A stretch of DNA of 62,821 bases, counting the filler, from Candidatus Woesearchaeota archaeon (GTDB lineage: Archaea > Nanobdellota > Nanobdellia > Woesearchaeales > CAZJJJ01): NCBI GenBank assembly GCA_046538795.1. It is 8 parts of 8 records of this genome, joined end to end, with 100 filler letters (N's around TTAATTAATTAA, not from the genome) between each part and the next. Parts side by side here need not be neighbours in the genome. Positions count along the whole stretch, not along the records: positions 8,994 to 27,412 come from JBKHIF010000024.1; positions 27,513 to 45,773 come from JBKHIF010000025.1; 6 more parts are not named here. One strand, 5' to 3'. The first letter of the stretch is position 1. Every line of letters starts with the position of its first letter. Positions 20,832-31,305 of this stretch are shown piece after piece. Below the pieces are notes generated by a model. That model had not been told where the DNA came from, made no database searches, and worked only from the letters and a program-made list of their open reading frames with translations. The translations under genes and the position numbers were made by a program.

Positions 20832-21940
20832 ATCTGTGGATTTTCCTGAGCAGAAACTCCTGTTTCCAATGAATCTTTGTCAGACTGCGAAGAAGAAGCA
20901 TTTCTCGACAAAATATCATTTACCACGTTCAGAAGATTGCCAATCTCAGGCTTGCTTATCTGTGCATCTGCTCCTATCATCTCTCCTTTACGCCTTATCT
21001 CATCATATATTAATGATGAAAATAAAATCACAGGAAGAGTTTTCATTTCAGGATTTTCTTTAACTTGCCTGCAAAGCGTATGACCATCCATCTGTGGCAT
21101 CTCAATATCTGCAATAAGTATCTGCAAAGTATCATTGAGGTTTTTTCCAGAGTTTTTTGATTCTTCATAAAGAGAATTAAGATAATCCCATGCAAGCATT
21201 CCGTTATTTACAGGAATCACCTCAAAGCCTCCTTTTTCAAGTATGCCTGTGATCAGTTCTCTTACCATTTCTGAATCTTCTGCAAGAAGGACTTTTTTGT
21301 TTTCTCCAATAGATTTGGCCTTCTCGATAATATCTTTATCAGCAGAGATCGAAAGGCTGCTCTCAGGATTAATATCTGCAACAATCTTTTCAAAATCAAC
21401 CATGAGCATTATCCTATCTTCCAAAGGCACAATGCCTGTTATGGTATTTGTCTTCATGTTGTTTCTTATATTGCTGGGCGGAAGAACTTTTTTCCAAGAC
21501 ATTCTGTGTATAGTCTTTATCTTGTGAACAAGAAAGCCAAAATTTGCCTGATTAAATTCAGTTACGATTACAAAACAATCTTTATATTTTATGTCTTCGT
21601 GACGCTCATTCATCCAGGCAGCAAGATCTATAAGGGGTATTACCTTATCTCTTAGCTTGAACACACCGAGCATGTTTTTGTCAAGACTTGGCATCTTTAT
21701 GAATTCAGGCATCTTTATTATCTCTCTTACTTTAGCTACATTTATGCCAAAAGTCTGTATAGTGTTGCCTGAATTTTTCTGTTCTGCTGTTTCCTGAGAT
21801 TTTTCTCCAGAATCAGCATTTTCAGTAACACCAATCTCATCCTGAGGTTTTTTTAGATATATTCCAAACTCAGCTATCTCAAGTTCGTTTGTTCCTGTCT
21901 CAAGCAAGATTTCTTTTTTTTCAGTATCCATAAATATCAT
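20828..21940 (-). CDS. cheV: Chemotaxis protein CheV (CheW + receiver)
   Basis: 'ILLETGTNELEIAEF', 'FGINVAKVREI', 'TEFNQ..GFLV', 'DFEKIV', receiver 'LAEDS..DIEMPQMDG..FSSL..QISKP'. Confidence 0.93.
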   Translation of the reverse strand: MIFMDTEKKEILLETGTNELEIAEFGIYLKKPQDEIGVTENADSGEKSQETAEQKNSGNTIQTFGINVAKVREIIKMPEFIKMPSLDKNMLGVFKLRDKVIPLIDLAAWMNERHEDIKYKDCFVIVTEFNQANFGFLVHKIKTIHRMSWKKVLPPSNIRNNMKTNTITGIVPLEDRIMLMVDFEKIVADINPESSLSISADKDIIEKAKSIGENKKVLLAEDSEMVRELITGILEKGGFEVIPVNNGMLAWDYLNSLYEESKNSGKNLNDTLQILIADIEMPQMDGHTLCRQVKENPEMKTLPVILFSSLIYDEIRRKGEMIGADAQISKPEIGNLLNVVNDILSRNASSSQSDKDSLETGVSAQENPQI

Positions 21941-22000
21941 TTCCTCTTAGTATAATCCTTCTTATCAAAAAAGAAAACAAAACAAAATTTGTCAAGCCGA

Positions 22001-23092
22001 TTATTTTTTCTTAGGTTTTGCCGGTTTTTTTGACGCGGGCTTTTTTCCTGTTTTTTTTGAAACAGATTTCTTTACAGAAGGCTTATTTTTGGATGCTGCT
22101 GCTTTTTTTGAAACCTGTGAAGATGTTGATTTTTTAGTGCTTGCCTTTTTTGCAGCAGTCTTTTTTGCAGCTTTAGATTTTTCTTTTTGATTTGATTTGT
22201 TCACAGTTTTCTTGGATGATGTTTTTGGAGTGCTTTTTGCTGAAGATATTTTCTTTATCTTATTATTCTTAGCTGATTTGGATGAAACTTTTGCAGATGG
22301 TTTTTTCACAACTTTCTTAGACTGTTTTTTTGAAGAAGATTTTTTCACAGATTTAGTTTCTGGTTTTTCTTCCATAGCTTCATCAGTCACTTCAGGTATG
22401 CTTGTGTTTTCAGTTTCAGGATTTTTTTGTTCCTGAAAAGCCGGATTTTCTCCTGAAGAGTTGCTTTCTTCAACAGGTATATCCCGCGATGTTCCTTCAG
22501 CTGCGCTATTAGTTTGAGATGTACCTGAAATTGAATTTTCTTTACTAGGTGAAGGATCCTTGTTTGCAGCAGAACCTTTTGTCTGAGCGCTCATCACTTC
22601 TTCTATATCCTTATCCTCAAGCACTTTTGCAAGATCAAGCAATATAAGAAGCCTTTCATCAATAACTCCCACTCCTTCCAGATAAGATGAATCTATCTTC
22701 TGGGTTATTATCGAAGGAGCCGGTTTAATATTTTCTCCAGATATCCTTAAGACTTCAGTTGCTGAATCTACAACCATTCCAACTGTGCTTCCATTAATCT
22801 CAATAACTATTATACGAGTATTTTTGTCAGATTCTTTTGCAGGAAGCCCTAATTTCATCGCAAGGTTTATGACAACAATTATTCCTCCGCGAAGATTTAT
22901 AACACCCTGGATATAATCAGCAGTATTTGGAATCCTTGTTATTGATTCCATTCTGATTATCTCTTTAACTTCCATTATTTTTACGCCAAACTCTTCCTGT
23001 CCAAGCTTGAATACGACAACTTGTCTTTCATCAAAATGTTCTTTTTCCTCTTTTGTAGAACCCGCCTGATTCTGAATAACATCTTCCATCAT
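22001..23092 (-). CDS. cheW: CheW with long acidic linker and Lys/Ser/Ala-rich C-terminal tail
   Basis: CheW domain closely similar to 10875-11534, followed by about 190 low-complexity residues ending KKPASKKPAKPKKK. Confidence 0.9.
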   Translation of the reverse strand: MMEDVIQNQAGSTKEEKEHFDERQVVVFKLGQEEFGVKIMEVKEIIRMESITRIPNTADYIQGVINLRGGIIVVINLAMKLGLPAKESDKNTRIIVIEINGSTVGMVVDSATEVLRISGENIKPAPSIITQKIDSSYLEGVGVIDERLLILLDLAKVLEDKDIEEVMSAQTKGSAANKDPSPSKENSISGTSQTNSAAEGTSRDIPVEESNSSGENPAFQEQKNPETENTSIPEVTDEAMEEKPETKSVKKSSSKKQSKKVVKKPSAKVSSKSAKNNKIKKISSAKSTPKTSSKKTVNKSNQKEKSKAAKKTAAKKASTKKSTSSQVSKKAAASKNKPSVKKSVSKKTGKKPASKKPAKPKKK

Positions 23093-23201
23093 GATTCACC
23101 TGCATATGCAATCCAAAGATAAAAATATATGAAAATAAAAAAATAAAAATAATAACATATAATTTTGGCAGAGATGATTTAAAAAACTTTTGTTCCGAAG
23201 A

Positions 23202-25568
23202 CTATTTTTTCCCGGATTCTTTTTCTTTCATCTCTTTTATTCGTCTCATCTCTTCTTCATGCTTTTTTTTCTGTTCCAAAAGCTCTTTTTCATGTTTTTT
23301 TTTCTGTTCTAAAAGCTCTTTTTCCCTGTCGTCTTTATCTTTGCAAGAACTATCTGAACAGCCAGAATCAGATAAACCATCATCTTTCTTGTCTATAAGA
23401 TCTCTTGCAAGCTTTTTAAGTTCATCTGCTGCTGCGGTCAATTCCTGAGCAGAAGAACTTACCTGCTGCATCGATGCCGAGACCTGTTCGACAGAAGAGG
23501 ATACTTCTTCACTTCCAGCAGCATTTTCCTGCGCTACAGACGCCATTTCGTCAAGAGCCTTGTTTACATTTTCGACAAGACCGGGTATTGCCTGAAAAGA
23601 GGTAAGCGCTTCCTGGACAGCATTAGCTCCTTCATCAACCTGGTTTGTATTCAGGTCCATGCTTTCAACTGAGCTTTGTATCTCTCCTTGTATTCCTGTT
23701 ATAAGATCTGAAATCTGTTGGGTAGCTTTTCCAGTCTCTTCTGCAAGCTTTCTTACTTCATCTGCAACAACTGCAAAGCCACGTCCGGCATCCCCTGCTC
23801 TTGCAGCTTCAATTGCTGCATTTAATGCAAGAAGATTTGTCTGTTCAGAAATATTGTTTATTGTTTCAACAATATTTCCTATCTCTTTTGATTTTTCTCC
23901 CAAAAGCCTTATCTTTTCTGCGCCATCTTTTGTGGTCTTGCTTATTGTTCCCATCTTGTCATTAACTGCAACAGCAGACTTGCTTCCAGATTCAGCACTT
24001 TCCCCTGTTTTTTTGGAAGCAGTTTGAGCATCTCCTGATTTCTGGGAAACTGTCTGCGCGCCTTTTGCAACTTCCTGTATTGTTGAACTTACCTGCTGCA
24101 TCGACGCATTTACTTCTTCAGCGCTTGCTGAAAGCTCTTCGGCAGATGATGCAAAAGTATTTGCCATCTCACTTAATTTTCTCGACATTCTCTTATCTTT
24201 TGTTATATCCTGTATTATCTCGAAACCGCCTACTGGATTTCCATCCATATCTAAAAGAGGGCCGCAACCCGCCCTTATATCAAGCTTAGCTCCATTCTTT
24301 GTTGAAGCAATAGTCTCTGCAACAATAGGCTTTTTGGTATCCATGCAATTCTTAATAGTGCATTGCGCAGTATTGCATACAGGAGTTTTGCAGATATCTG
24401 CACAGGACATCTTTCCTACAACCTCATCTCTTGTATAGCCCATGGCTTCCAGGAATGAGTTATTGCAATCGGTTATTATGAGATCTTTATCTGCGTGAAA
24501 AACAGGATCAGGAATTCCATGGATAAAGCTTTTCTGTATCTCACTTTTATTTGTAACCTCGCGATTGACATTCCTTGAAAGATATACTGCGAAAACTCCA
24601 CCCAGAATAAGAGCTGATACACTTATTATTATCATAAGCATCGTTGCACTGTTCTGAGCTTTTTCCATTCCGTTTTCCTGAGAAATCTGAAGGGTCTCTG
24701 CAGCCAGATCAAAATCGTCTCCTGCATCTGTTGCAGCCTGCAAAGCCTGTGATGCATCATCATCACTTTCAATATAGCTTAATCCTGCCTCGTGATAATC
24801 TTCCAGCGCATCAAGAATGTCATCTGCCTGTCTTTTATTAAGATCATCATCAAAACTTTCCTTAAGTTTTTCAGTAGCATCAACAGCAAGATCATAATAT
24901 TCATTCCAGGAATCTCCATATTCACTATTGCCATAAAGCATCATCTTCATAGCGTTCATGCGCATGACATTTATGTAATTCTTGATTGTATTTGCATCCT
25001 GAAGTTTTTTGCTCCTGTCGCTTAAAGCGCTTCCTGAAAAACCTTGTGATATCTCTGATGAAAACTTATTTTCCTGATCAGAAATTATTTTTTCAGTAAC
25101 ATCCATAAGAGATAATGCAGCAGAATCCATCGAATCCTGAGAAGCTTTTTTTGATTCATAAGATGAAACAAGTTTTTCCATGCTTATATCATATTCCTCA
25201 AATGCCGCCCTTTGAGAGTCAATCTCATCTAGATCTTTCTGTGCCTTGAATTTTGCCTTTGTTTCAATCATCTTTTGATCGATTTGATCTTTCCATCCAT
25301 CATAATAATCTAAAGTAAGCTGATCTCGTCCTCCATAATAAGTGTTTTCACCATCTATCAAAAAATTTTTTGCTTCACCACGTATTTTATTGCCCATATG
25401 AAGAAGATCTTTTGCGTCACCGGCTTTTTCAACCCTGAAATCAACATTTTTAAGACCAATTATACCAACCACCGCAATAATCATAGCAAGCAGAAGAACA
25501 ACACCGAATCCAGCCCCTATCTTTATGATAAGGTCATTTCTGTTATCAGAACCTTTTTTTTTATCCAT
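23202..25568 (-). CDS. Methyl-accepting chemotaxis protein: helical extracellular sensor, Cys-rich PAS domain, MA domain
   Basis: Two TM helices; PAS 'IPDPVF..DKDLIIT..N..F...GY.RDEVVG' with [23 protein letters not shown] tip motif. Confidence 0.92.
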   Translation of the reverse strand: MDKKKGSDNRNDLIIKIGAGFGVVLLLAMIIAVVGIIGLKNVDFRVEKAGDAKDLLHMGNKIRGEAKNFLIDGENTYYGGRDQLTLDYYDGWKDQIDQKMIETKAKFKAQKDLDEIDSQRAAFEEYDISMEKLVSSYESKKASQDSMDSAALSLMDVTEKIISDQENKFSSEISQGFSGSALSDRSKKLQDANTIKNYINVMRMNAMKMMLYGNSEYGDSWNEYYDLAVDATEKLKESFDDDLNKRQADDILDALEDYHEAGLSYIESDDDASQALQAATDAGDDFDLAAETLQISQENGMEKAQNSATMLMIIISVSALILGGVFAVYLSRNVNREVTNKSEIQKSFIHGIPDPVFHADKDLIITDCNNSFLEAMGYTRDEVVGKMSCADICKTPVCNTAQCTIKNCMDTKKPIVAETIASTKNGAKLDIRAGCGPLLDMDGNPVGGFEIIQDITKDKRMSRKLSEMANTFASSAEELSASAEEVNASMQQVSSTIQEVAKGAQTVSQKSGDAQTASKKTGESAESGSKSAVAVNDKMGTISKTTKDGAEKIRLLGEKSKEIGNIVETINNISEQTNLLALNAAIEAARAGDAGRGFAVVADEVRKLAEETGKATQQISDLITGIQGEIQSSVESMDLNTNQVDEGANAVQEALTSFQAIPGLVENVNKALDEMASVAQENAAGSEEVSSSVEQVSASMQQVSSSAQELTAAADELKKLARDLIDKKDDGLSDSGCSDSSCKDKDDREKELLEQKKKHEKELLEQKKKHEEEMRRIKEMKEKESGKK
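23256..23324. repeat. 33-nt tandem repeat ([11 protein letters not shown] x2) in MCP tail
   Basis: Two near-identical 33-nt units. Confidence 0.8.
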
Positions 25569-25789
25569 CTAATCCACACCTCTTTTACCAGCAGGCAAAA
25601 CTTAAGATCCATGTTCTTTATATCATAAACAAACAGTATCCATTTTGCCAAAACAAACAGCACAACTGCAAATATCGAAAAAAAAACAACCAAAATAATG
25701 CAAGATATTTTCCCTGAATTTTTTAATATAAATCTGACGCAAAAAAAAGGATAAAAGAAATCAGAAAAAGGATAATTAAAAAGAAAAAA

Positions 25790-26617
25790 TCACTCAGCAA
25801 TTTCAAATATGCGTTCTGTTGTATTGTATGCTTTATATAATGTCCTTGCACTTCCCATTATTGTTTCGGTCTTTCCAATAATAAGAAATCCGTCTTTATT
25901 TAGAACGTTGTGAAAGTCAAGGTAGAGATTGTTCTTAGTTTCAGAATCAAAATAGATGACTGTATTTCTGCAAAAGATTATGTCAATATTTTTTGGTTTT
26001 GAATTTGAAAGTATATCTCCTCTTTCAAACCTGACAAGTGTTTTCAAAGACAATACAGGAGAATATGTACTTTCCTCTGACTGAAAATATTTTTTGAGAT
26101 AAGCAGGCGGCATCTCTCTGAACTGAAGTGTTTCGTATTTTGCAATCTTTGCTTTATCCACTGTCTTCTGGTCATAATCTGTTCCTGTAATGCTTACATT
26201 GAATCCTCCCAAATCATCTCCCAGGACTTCTTTTAAGCATATTGCAATAGAATATGCTTCTTCGCCTGTCGATGATCCTGCGCTCCATATCCTTATGTTT
26301 TTTTCATTTCTGGCTTTTTTTCTCCTGATTAATTCAGGGATAATATCTGACATGAAAAAGTTCCACATTGACTGATCCCTGAAAAAATTAGTGACATGGA
26401 TTGTAAGCTCTTTATCAAGCCTTTTTTGTTCATCAGCACTTTCTGAAAGAAGTCTTGAATATTCAGAATACGAATCAATATTTACTGCACGCAGCCTTGT
26501 TTCAATTCTTCTTGTAAGAAAAGAATTAGAATACTGGGAACAATCAAAACCAAGCACTTCCCCGATTTTTTTCTTTAGCATCTCAAATTTTTCTGGATCT
26601 TTTACTTCGACAATCAT
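25790..26617 (-). CDS. cheR: Chemotaxis methyltransferase CheR
   Basis: 'TIHVTNFFRD', 'RIWSAGSSTGEEAYS', 'DIIFCRNTVIYFD', 'GFLIIGKTE'. Confidence 0.96.
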   Translation of the reverse strand: MIVEVKDPEKFEMLKKKIGEVLGFDCSQYSNSFLTRRIETRLRAVNIDSYSEYSRLLSESADEQKRLDKELTIHVTNFFRDQSMWNFFMSDIIPELIRRKKARNEKNIRIWSAGSSTGEEAYSIAICLKEVLGDDLGGFNVSITGTDYDQKTVDKAKIAKYETLQFREMPPAYLKKYFQSEESTYSPVLSLKTLVRFERGDILSNSKPKNIDIIFCRNTVIYFDSETKNNLYLDFHNVLNKDGFLIIGKTETIMGSARTLYKAYNTTERIFEIAE

Positions 26618-26681
26618 TTTATTTACATGGTTTTATTAAGCATTAAATAATTTACGTTTTGGCAATAAAAAGAGAAAAAAC

Positions 26682-27170
26682 TCAAAGTTCTTTTATACCA
26701 TCTTTAGTTTTTATTTTGAGTATTCCGTTACTTAGATCAAATCTTATGGTGCGTCCTAAATTTCCCCCGGTCTCATTAACAGTTATGGGGATGCTTTGCT
26801 CTTCCAGAACTATTTTTACAGCTTCTGCATTTTTTTTGCCTATGTCCATATTATCATTAAGTGAAAGAGAAGAAAACATATGGGCGCCTCCTGCGATCTT
26901 TGCTTTAAGTCTTGCCTTATTGCAACCTTTTGATTCAAGATCTTTTAGCATGTTTGGCAGGGCAACATCAGCAAACTTATTTTGGTTTATTGTATCATTT
27001 TTTGCGTTATCATAAATGTTGGGAAGCATGATGTGAGCAAGGCCACCTATCTTTTTTTCAGAATCATAGATCGCAACCCCTACACAAGAACCAAGCCCCA
27101 GAGAGACTAATATATCAGGGGATGCTGAAACAGCATATTTTCCCATATCTACCATGATTTCTTCAGACAC
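26682..27170 (-). CDS. cheD: Chemoreceptor glutamine deamidase CheD
   Basis: 'LGLGSCVGV', 'GGLAHIMLP', 'KFAD', 'AKIAGGAHMF', 'IGKKN', 'TGG..GRTI'. Confidence 0.96.
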   Translation of the reverse strand: MSEEIMVDMGKYAVSASPDILVSLGLGSCVGVAIYDSEKKIGGLAHIMLPNIYDNAKNDTINQNKFADVALPNMLKDLESKGCNKARLKAKIAGGAHMFSSLSLNDNMDIGKKNAEAVKIVLEEQSIPITVNETGGNLGRTIRFDLSNGILKIKTKDGIKEL

Positions 27171-27211
27171 GTTTTACAAACCTCTTTTTTTGCGAAAAAA
27201 TAATGCCTTAA

Positions 27212-27412
27212 TCACAGCACCCCATATTTATTGTGAAGCGCTTCAAGCATTTTCCGTAATGATGGCACATCAAAAATTACAATGAATACTCCATTTATAG
27301 ACTGGCCTTCAACATCAATCTTTTCTTTCACTATTAATATCTCATCAGAATGTTCTGCAAGTTTTATAAGCATAAAATCAACTATGGCCTGAGCCATGTC
27401 TGTTGCAGTATG
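27212..27412 (-). CDS. cheC: CheC-like phosphatase, C-terminal fragment (cut by contig end)
   Basis: '..DMAQAIVD...' followed by the beta strands typical of the CheC C-terminus; sits immediately upstream of cheD. Confidence 0.7.
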   Translation of the reverse strand, partial: HTATDMAQAIVDFMLIKLAEHSDEILIVKEKIDVEGQSINGVFIVIFDVPSLRKMLEALHNKYGVL

Positions 27413-27512
27413 NNNNNNNNNNNNNNNNNNNNNNNNNNNNNNNNNNNNNNNNNNNNTTAATTAATTAANNNNNNNNNNNNNNNNNNNNNNNNNNNNNNNN
27501 NNNNNNNNNNNN
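27413..27512. other. Artificial contig linker
   Basis: N-run with TTAATTAATTAA. Confidence 0.98.
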
Positions 27513-28077
27513 TTCTTTCTGCTTTGTTTTCTATTTTGTTTATTGAATGTGCTATTTTCCATATATGATTTTTATGAGGATATTTTCCGATTCCATTATA
27601 AAAATTATCTTTAGTCTCAATAATTTTTTTGTCAATCTCTTCTCTATTAGGCGGTATGAATTCTAGTTTAGGTAATTTCCTAAATTTGACTCTTCGTATA
27701 TTTTCATTCTGAAGTCTTTTTTTCTCATCTAGAACATATTCCCTTTCGATTTCATCGTCACTAACATTAAATCTATAATTTTTAGGATCTGGTTCCATGC
27801 CATCAAGAGTAACTTCTGACATAGGTTCTCCATTCTTATACCACTGGCCTTCATCCCTTTGCTCAATGCCATTTTCTTTTAGGCCTGCAGAAAAATCAAG
27901 TTTTTTAAGAGGTTCAATTTTTGGATGTTGTCTTAGTTTTTCATCGAGGCTTTGTGCATGAACTGTTATGGGCACGCCTGCTTCTCGATATTTAAAGTTC
28001 ATATCTTGGATCACTCTTTCAACTACATCCATTCGATCTTCAAGTTCTCTTACCACTAGAATATTGATGTTAACCAT
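27513..28077 (-). CDS. Hypothetical protein, 3' end lost at contig gap
   Basis: Open frame running into the linker; TTTATAAA box about 25 nt upstream of the ATG. Confidence 0.6.
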
Positions 28078-28340
28078 AACTTCGAGGTGATGCCTCTATT
28101 TATAAACTTTTTTCTTTTCGACACTTATAAGTGATAATTCTATTCAGTTAACCTTTTATATGACCAAATAATATCATTAACATGGTTCGAATAGATCATT
28201 ATGTGTTCAATATTCCTATAATTGCTGTGCAAAGTGATTCACTTATAGTTTATGTAGGAACTACTGGGGATAATATCTCAAAATATTGCCGAAATTATAG
28301 AACCTACTTTTTTAATTAAGCTTTAGTACTATTTAGAATA

Positions 28341-29159
28341 ATGAATTTAACAAACGAATATAAGGATTCAGTAAAGACTTTCTTAAGAGAGATTACAGGA
28401 GAAAAAAATGTGTATATCATGCGAAGAGGTAATTCGGCTATATTATATGCTCTTCGTTCTGCAAAGAATTTTGGAAAAAAGACTGTGATAATCCCTGATC
28501 AGGCAGGTTGGATAACTTATGAGCAGTTTCCTGAAAGGGTGCATCTTGAGACAATCAGGCTTAAGACAAAGGATGGCATGGTTGATCCAAAAGAACTTGA
28601 TTCTGTACTTTCAGACAATCCTGATTGTGCCGTGATTCTAAATTCTCTTGCAGGGTATTTTGTTGAACTTCCTATGCAGGAAATATATTCTGTATGCAAA
28701 AAGCATGATGCAATACTTATAAATGATGTTGCAGGAAGCATTGGAACAAAAATTGCAAAATCTGAATTCTGCGACATCATGGTTGGAAGTTTTGGACGAT
28801 GGAAACCTGTTAATATGGGTGAAGGCGGATTTATAGGCTTTAATGATGAGAAATATCTTTATCAGAAAATTGAAGAGTTTGAGCTTAATTATAACCTTCT
28901 TTTTGATAAGCTAAGAAATTTAGGTGAAAGACAGGAATTCTTAAGATCAAAAGCTGCTGAGATCAAAAAAGAACTAAAGGGTTTTGATGTGATTTTTCCT
29001 GAAAAAGAAGGGATCAATATTATTGTTCGCTTTAAAAATTCTGTTGAGAGAAAAAAGATTATTGGATTTTGCGAGGCAAGAAAATTGCCTTATACTCAAT
29101 GTCCCAGATATATACGTGTACTTGATGATGCGATTTCTATTGAGGTTAAGAGATTATGA
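28341..29159 (+). CDS. Short DegT/DnrJ/EryC1/StrS-like PLP-dependent protein
   Basis: 'RGNSAI', 'LINDVAGSIG', 'GSFGRWKPVNMGEGG' (SF...K....GEGG motif). Confidence 0.75.
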   Translation: MNLTNEYKDSVKTFLREITGEKNVYIMRRGNSAILYALRSAKNFGKKTVIIPDQAGWITYEQFPERVHLETIRLKTKDGMVDPKELDSVLSDNPDCAVILNSLAGYFVELPMQEIYSVCKKHDAILINDVAGSIGTKIAKSEFCDIMVGSFGRWKPVNMGEGGFIGFNDEKYLYQKIEEFELNYNLLFDKLRNLGERQEFLRSKAAEIKKELKGFDVIFPEKEGINIIVRFKNSVERKKIIGFCEARKLPYTQCPRYIRVLDDAISIEVKRL

Positions 29160-29259
29160 ATCGATATGAATCTTAAATATATCATGATTTTTAGTTTAGG
29201 GTTTTTATGTTAAGAGATATATTTTAAAAGAAAACTATGTTTTTTTGTCGAGAGAAAAG

Positions 29260-29748
29260 ATGGATTCGGAATCAAAGAAAAAAAAGGTTGAGGAATTAGC
29301 AAAGATTCTTTTTTCATGGAAAGGTGAACTTGCTGAAAAAATGCATCAGGCTAAAGGCTATACTCTTGCAAAATATCATGATTTTTCAAAAAAAGAGCCA
29401 TTAAGATGCTTTCTTACAGGCAATCCTATAAGATCCTATGATGCTATCCAGTTCAGGTATGGAAAAGGCAGGGGAGACTTTGTAATGGTTTCTGAGAAAG
29501 TGCTTGACAAGTATTCAAGAGAAGAGCTTTCTGACGAATTATTCAGGTTCGGGCTTAGAGCAAATTATAAAGCAGAAAGGCTTGATGATGTGCTTTCTAA
29601 AGAAGACATAGATTCAGGACTTGAAGATGCAAGGGTTTACAGAAATCCACACTCTGGATTTTCGAGTAATCCAAAAAGGCTTAAAGAATATCCAGGGCTT
29701 GTTGAAAGACTTAACTCAAGATCTTATGATGTGTTTCATGAAGGATGA
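29260..29748 (+). CDS. Hypothetical protein
   Basis: About 160-aa ORF; first ATG at 29260. Confidence 0.55.
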   Translation: MDSESKKKKVEELAKILFSWKGELAEKMHQAKGYTLAKYHDFSKKEPLRCFLTGNPIRSYDAIQFRYGKGRGDFVMVSEKVLDKYSREELSDELFRFGLRANYKAERLDDVLSKEDIDSGLEDARVYRNPHSGFSSNPKRLKEYPGLVERLNSRSYDVFHEG

Positions 29749-30293
29749 TCTGTCTGATTTATAAGTTTATTATAATCAAAACCTGCGATTTCTTTGAGAA
29801 TATCTTCAAAACGTTTGTGAGCAATGAATAATCTGTCGAATTTTTCTTTTCCTTTAGGATATCTTTTGTATAGATAATCCATCCTTTCTTTTAGAGTAAC
29901 AATCTTGTCTGTAACATGAAAGTCAGTAGACGCAAGTATCTTTTCTTCGATTGGCTGCATGAGCCATTTTTGTATGCCGTTTTCGTCTAATATGATCTCT
30001 CCTGTATGCGCTCTTGTAAGTCTTGCGATTTCAGGAAATCCTTCTTTTTCTAAAATATCTGCTCCAACTTCGCCGTGATGACCGCCTTTTTCAAGACATT
30101 TTGCTTTTGCTATGTCGTGGAGAAATCCTGCTTTTTGCAAAAGATCAGGGTTTATGTCAAAACCTTTGTTGTAGAGGTGCTGCGCAATATTTTTTGCAAG
30201 ACAACCAACAAGCTTCATGTGCTCTATCATGTTGTCATAACAGCCGTACTTTTTCTGAAGTTCTGCTACCTTTTCATCTGTTGGAATATTCAT
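29736..30293 (-). CDS. HD-domain (HDIG-type) phosphohydrolase
   Basis: 'EHM..V', 'AGFLHDIAK', 'HHGEVGA..L...GFPEIA', 'H', 'EEKI...D'. Confidence 0.85.
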   Translation of the reverse strand: MNIPTDEKVAELQKKYGCYDNMIEHMKLVGCLAKNIAQHLYNKGFDINPDLLQKAGFLHDIAKAKCLEKGGHHGEVGADILEKEGFPEIARLTRAHTGEIILDENGIQKWLMQPIEEKILASTDFHVTDKIVTLKERMDYLYKRYPKGKEKFDRLFIAHKRFEDILKEIAGFDYNKLINQTDHPS

Positions 30294-30405
30294 CAGGAAT
30301 TAAGGTTTTGATGTTTTGTTTTAAAATATTTCGGATGATATTGGGATAATATTGAATAGATAATTTTTTATATTAATTCCATGAATCAAAGAATTGTGAA
30401 TCAAA

Positions 30406-31098
30406 ATGGCGATCAATTTTATAAAAAATATATGGAATAATGATGTTGATGAGGTAGCTCATGCAAAGTTTGTTAGATACGGCAAAGGCGAGTTTGTAAA
30501 AGAAGAGTTCAAGATAAAGGCTGGATCAAAGATACAGGTTTGGGCAGGCTTTGAATATGTCGAAGTTCTTTTCAGGATGATGGCAGAAGTTGTAACTGAA
30601 CCTGGTTCAGTAAAAGGCACTATTGTCTCAAAACAAGACATAAAATCAAAGTTTGACGAGCTTGGAATTGAGCCAAAAAAGATTACAGGAAAAAAATATA
30701 CTGTTGAAGAAACTCTTGATCCTGAACAGTTCAAAAAATTTGTTGATACATTCTCTGAATACTACATGCTTCTTAAGGCAAAATCAGGAAACAATGAGAT
30801 CAAGACAAAGACATCTGTTCCAAAACCAGGTAAGCTTGTAGAAAAGTTTGCTTCTGCAAAGTTTGACAAGTCTGCACTTGACATGATAAAAAAAGAGTTC
30901 TTGTTTGACCATGACGGAAATTTCAAAGAAGCAGTTATCAACCATACCTACAGGATAGACGATATAATCGTTGATGAATCTTTAGTTGAGAAAGATCCTG
31001 CCCGCGCAAGGCTTGAAGCAAAACGAAAAGGAACTCTTATAAGAAAGTCTGTTGTTGATGGCGAGGAAGTTACTGAAGAAAAAGACATGCTTGTCTAA
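30406..31098 (+). CDS. Conserved-looking archaeal hypothetical protein
   Basis: 230-aa ORF with well-formed sequence ('H..FVRYGKG', 'ARLEAKRKG..IR'); function not recognised. Confidence 0.7.
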   Translation: MAINFIKNIWNNDVDEVAHAKFVRYGKGEFVKEEFKIKAGSKIQVWAGFEYVEVLFRMMAEVVTEPGSVKGTIVSKQDIKSKFDELGIEPKKITGKKYTVEETLDPEQFKKFVDTFSEYYMLLKAKSGNNEIKTKTSVPKPGKLVEKFASAKFDKSALDMIKKEFLFDHDGNFKEAVINHTYRIDDIIVDESLVEKDPARARLEAKRKGTLIRKSVVDGEEVTEEKDMLV

Positions 31099-31305
31099 AT
31101 TTCTGTCTTATTTTTATTTTTTAAATTAATGCTTGTTGATGTTTTTTCTGTTACTACTATGTGTACTTACAATATCTTTTTAAAGTATTTATTCTAATGA
31201 GCCAAATAATTGTTAAAATTATCCTCAATAAGTTAATTTTGTCCTGAAACTCATGATTCATGTGTTTCTTGCAGAGATATTTGAGTAAAAATAAGGTGAT
31301 ATCTG

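Noticed and set aside
28182..28319. 45-codon ORF behind a TATA-like box
   Set aside because: Too short and no recognisable motif; cannot be distinguished from chance
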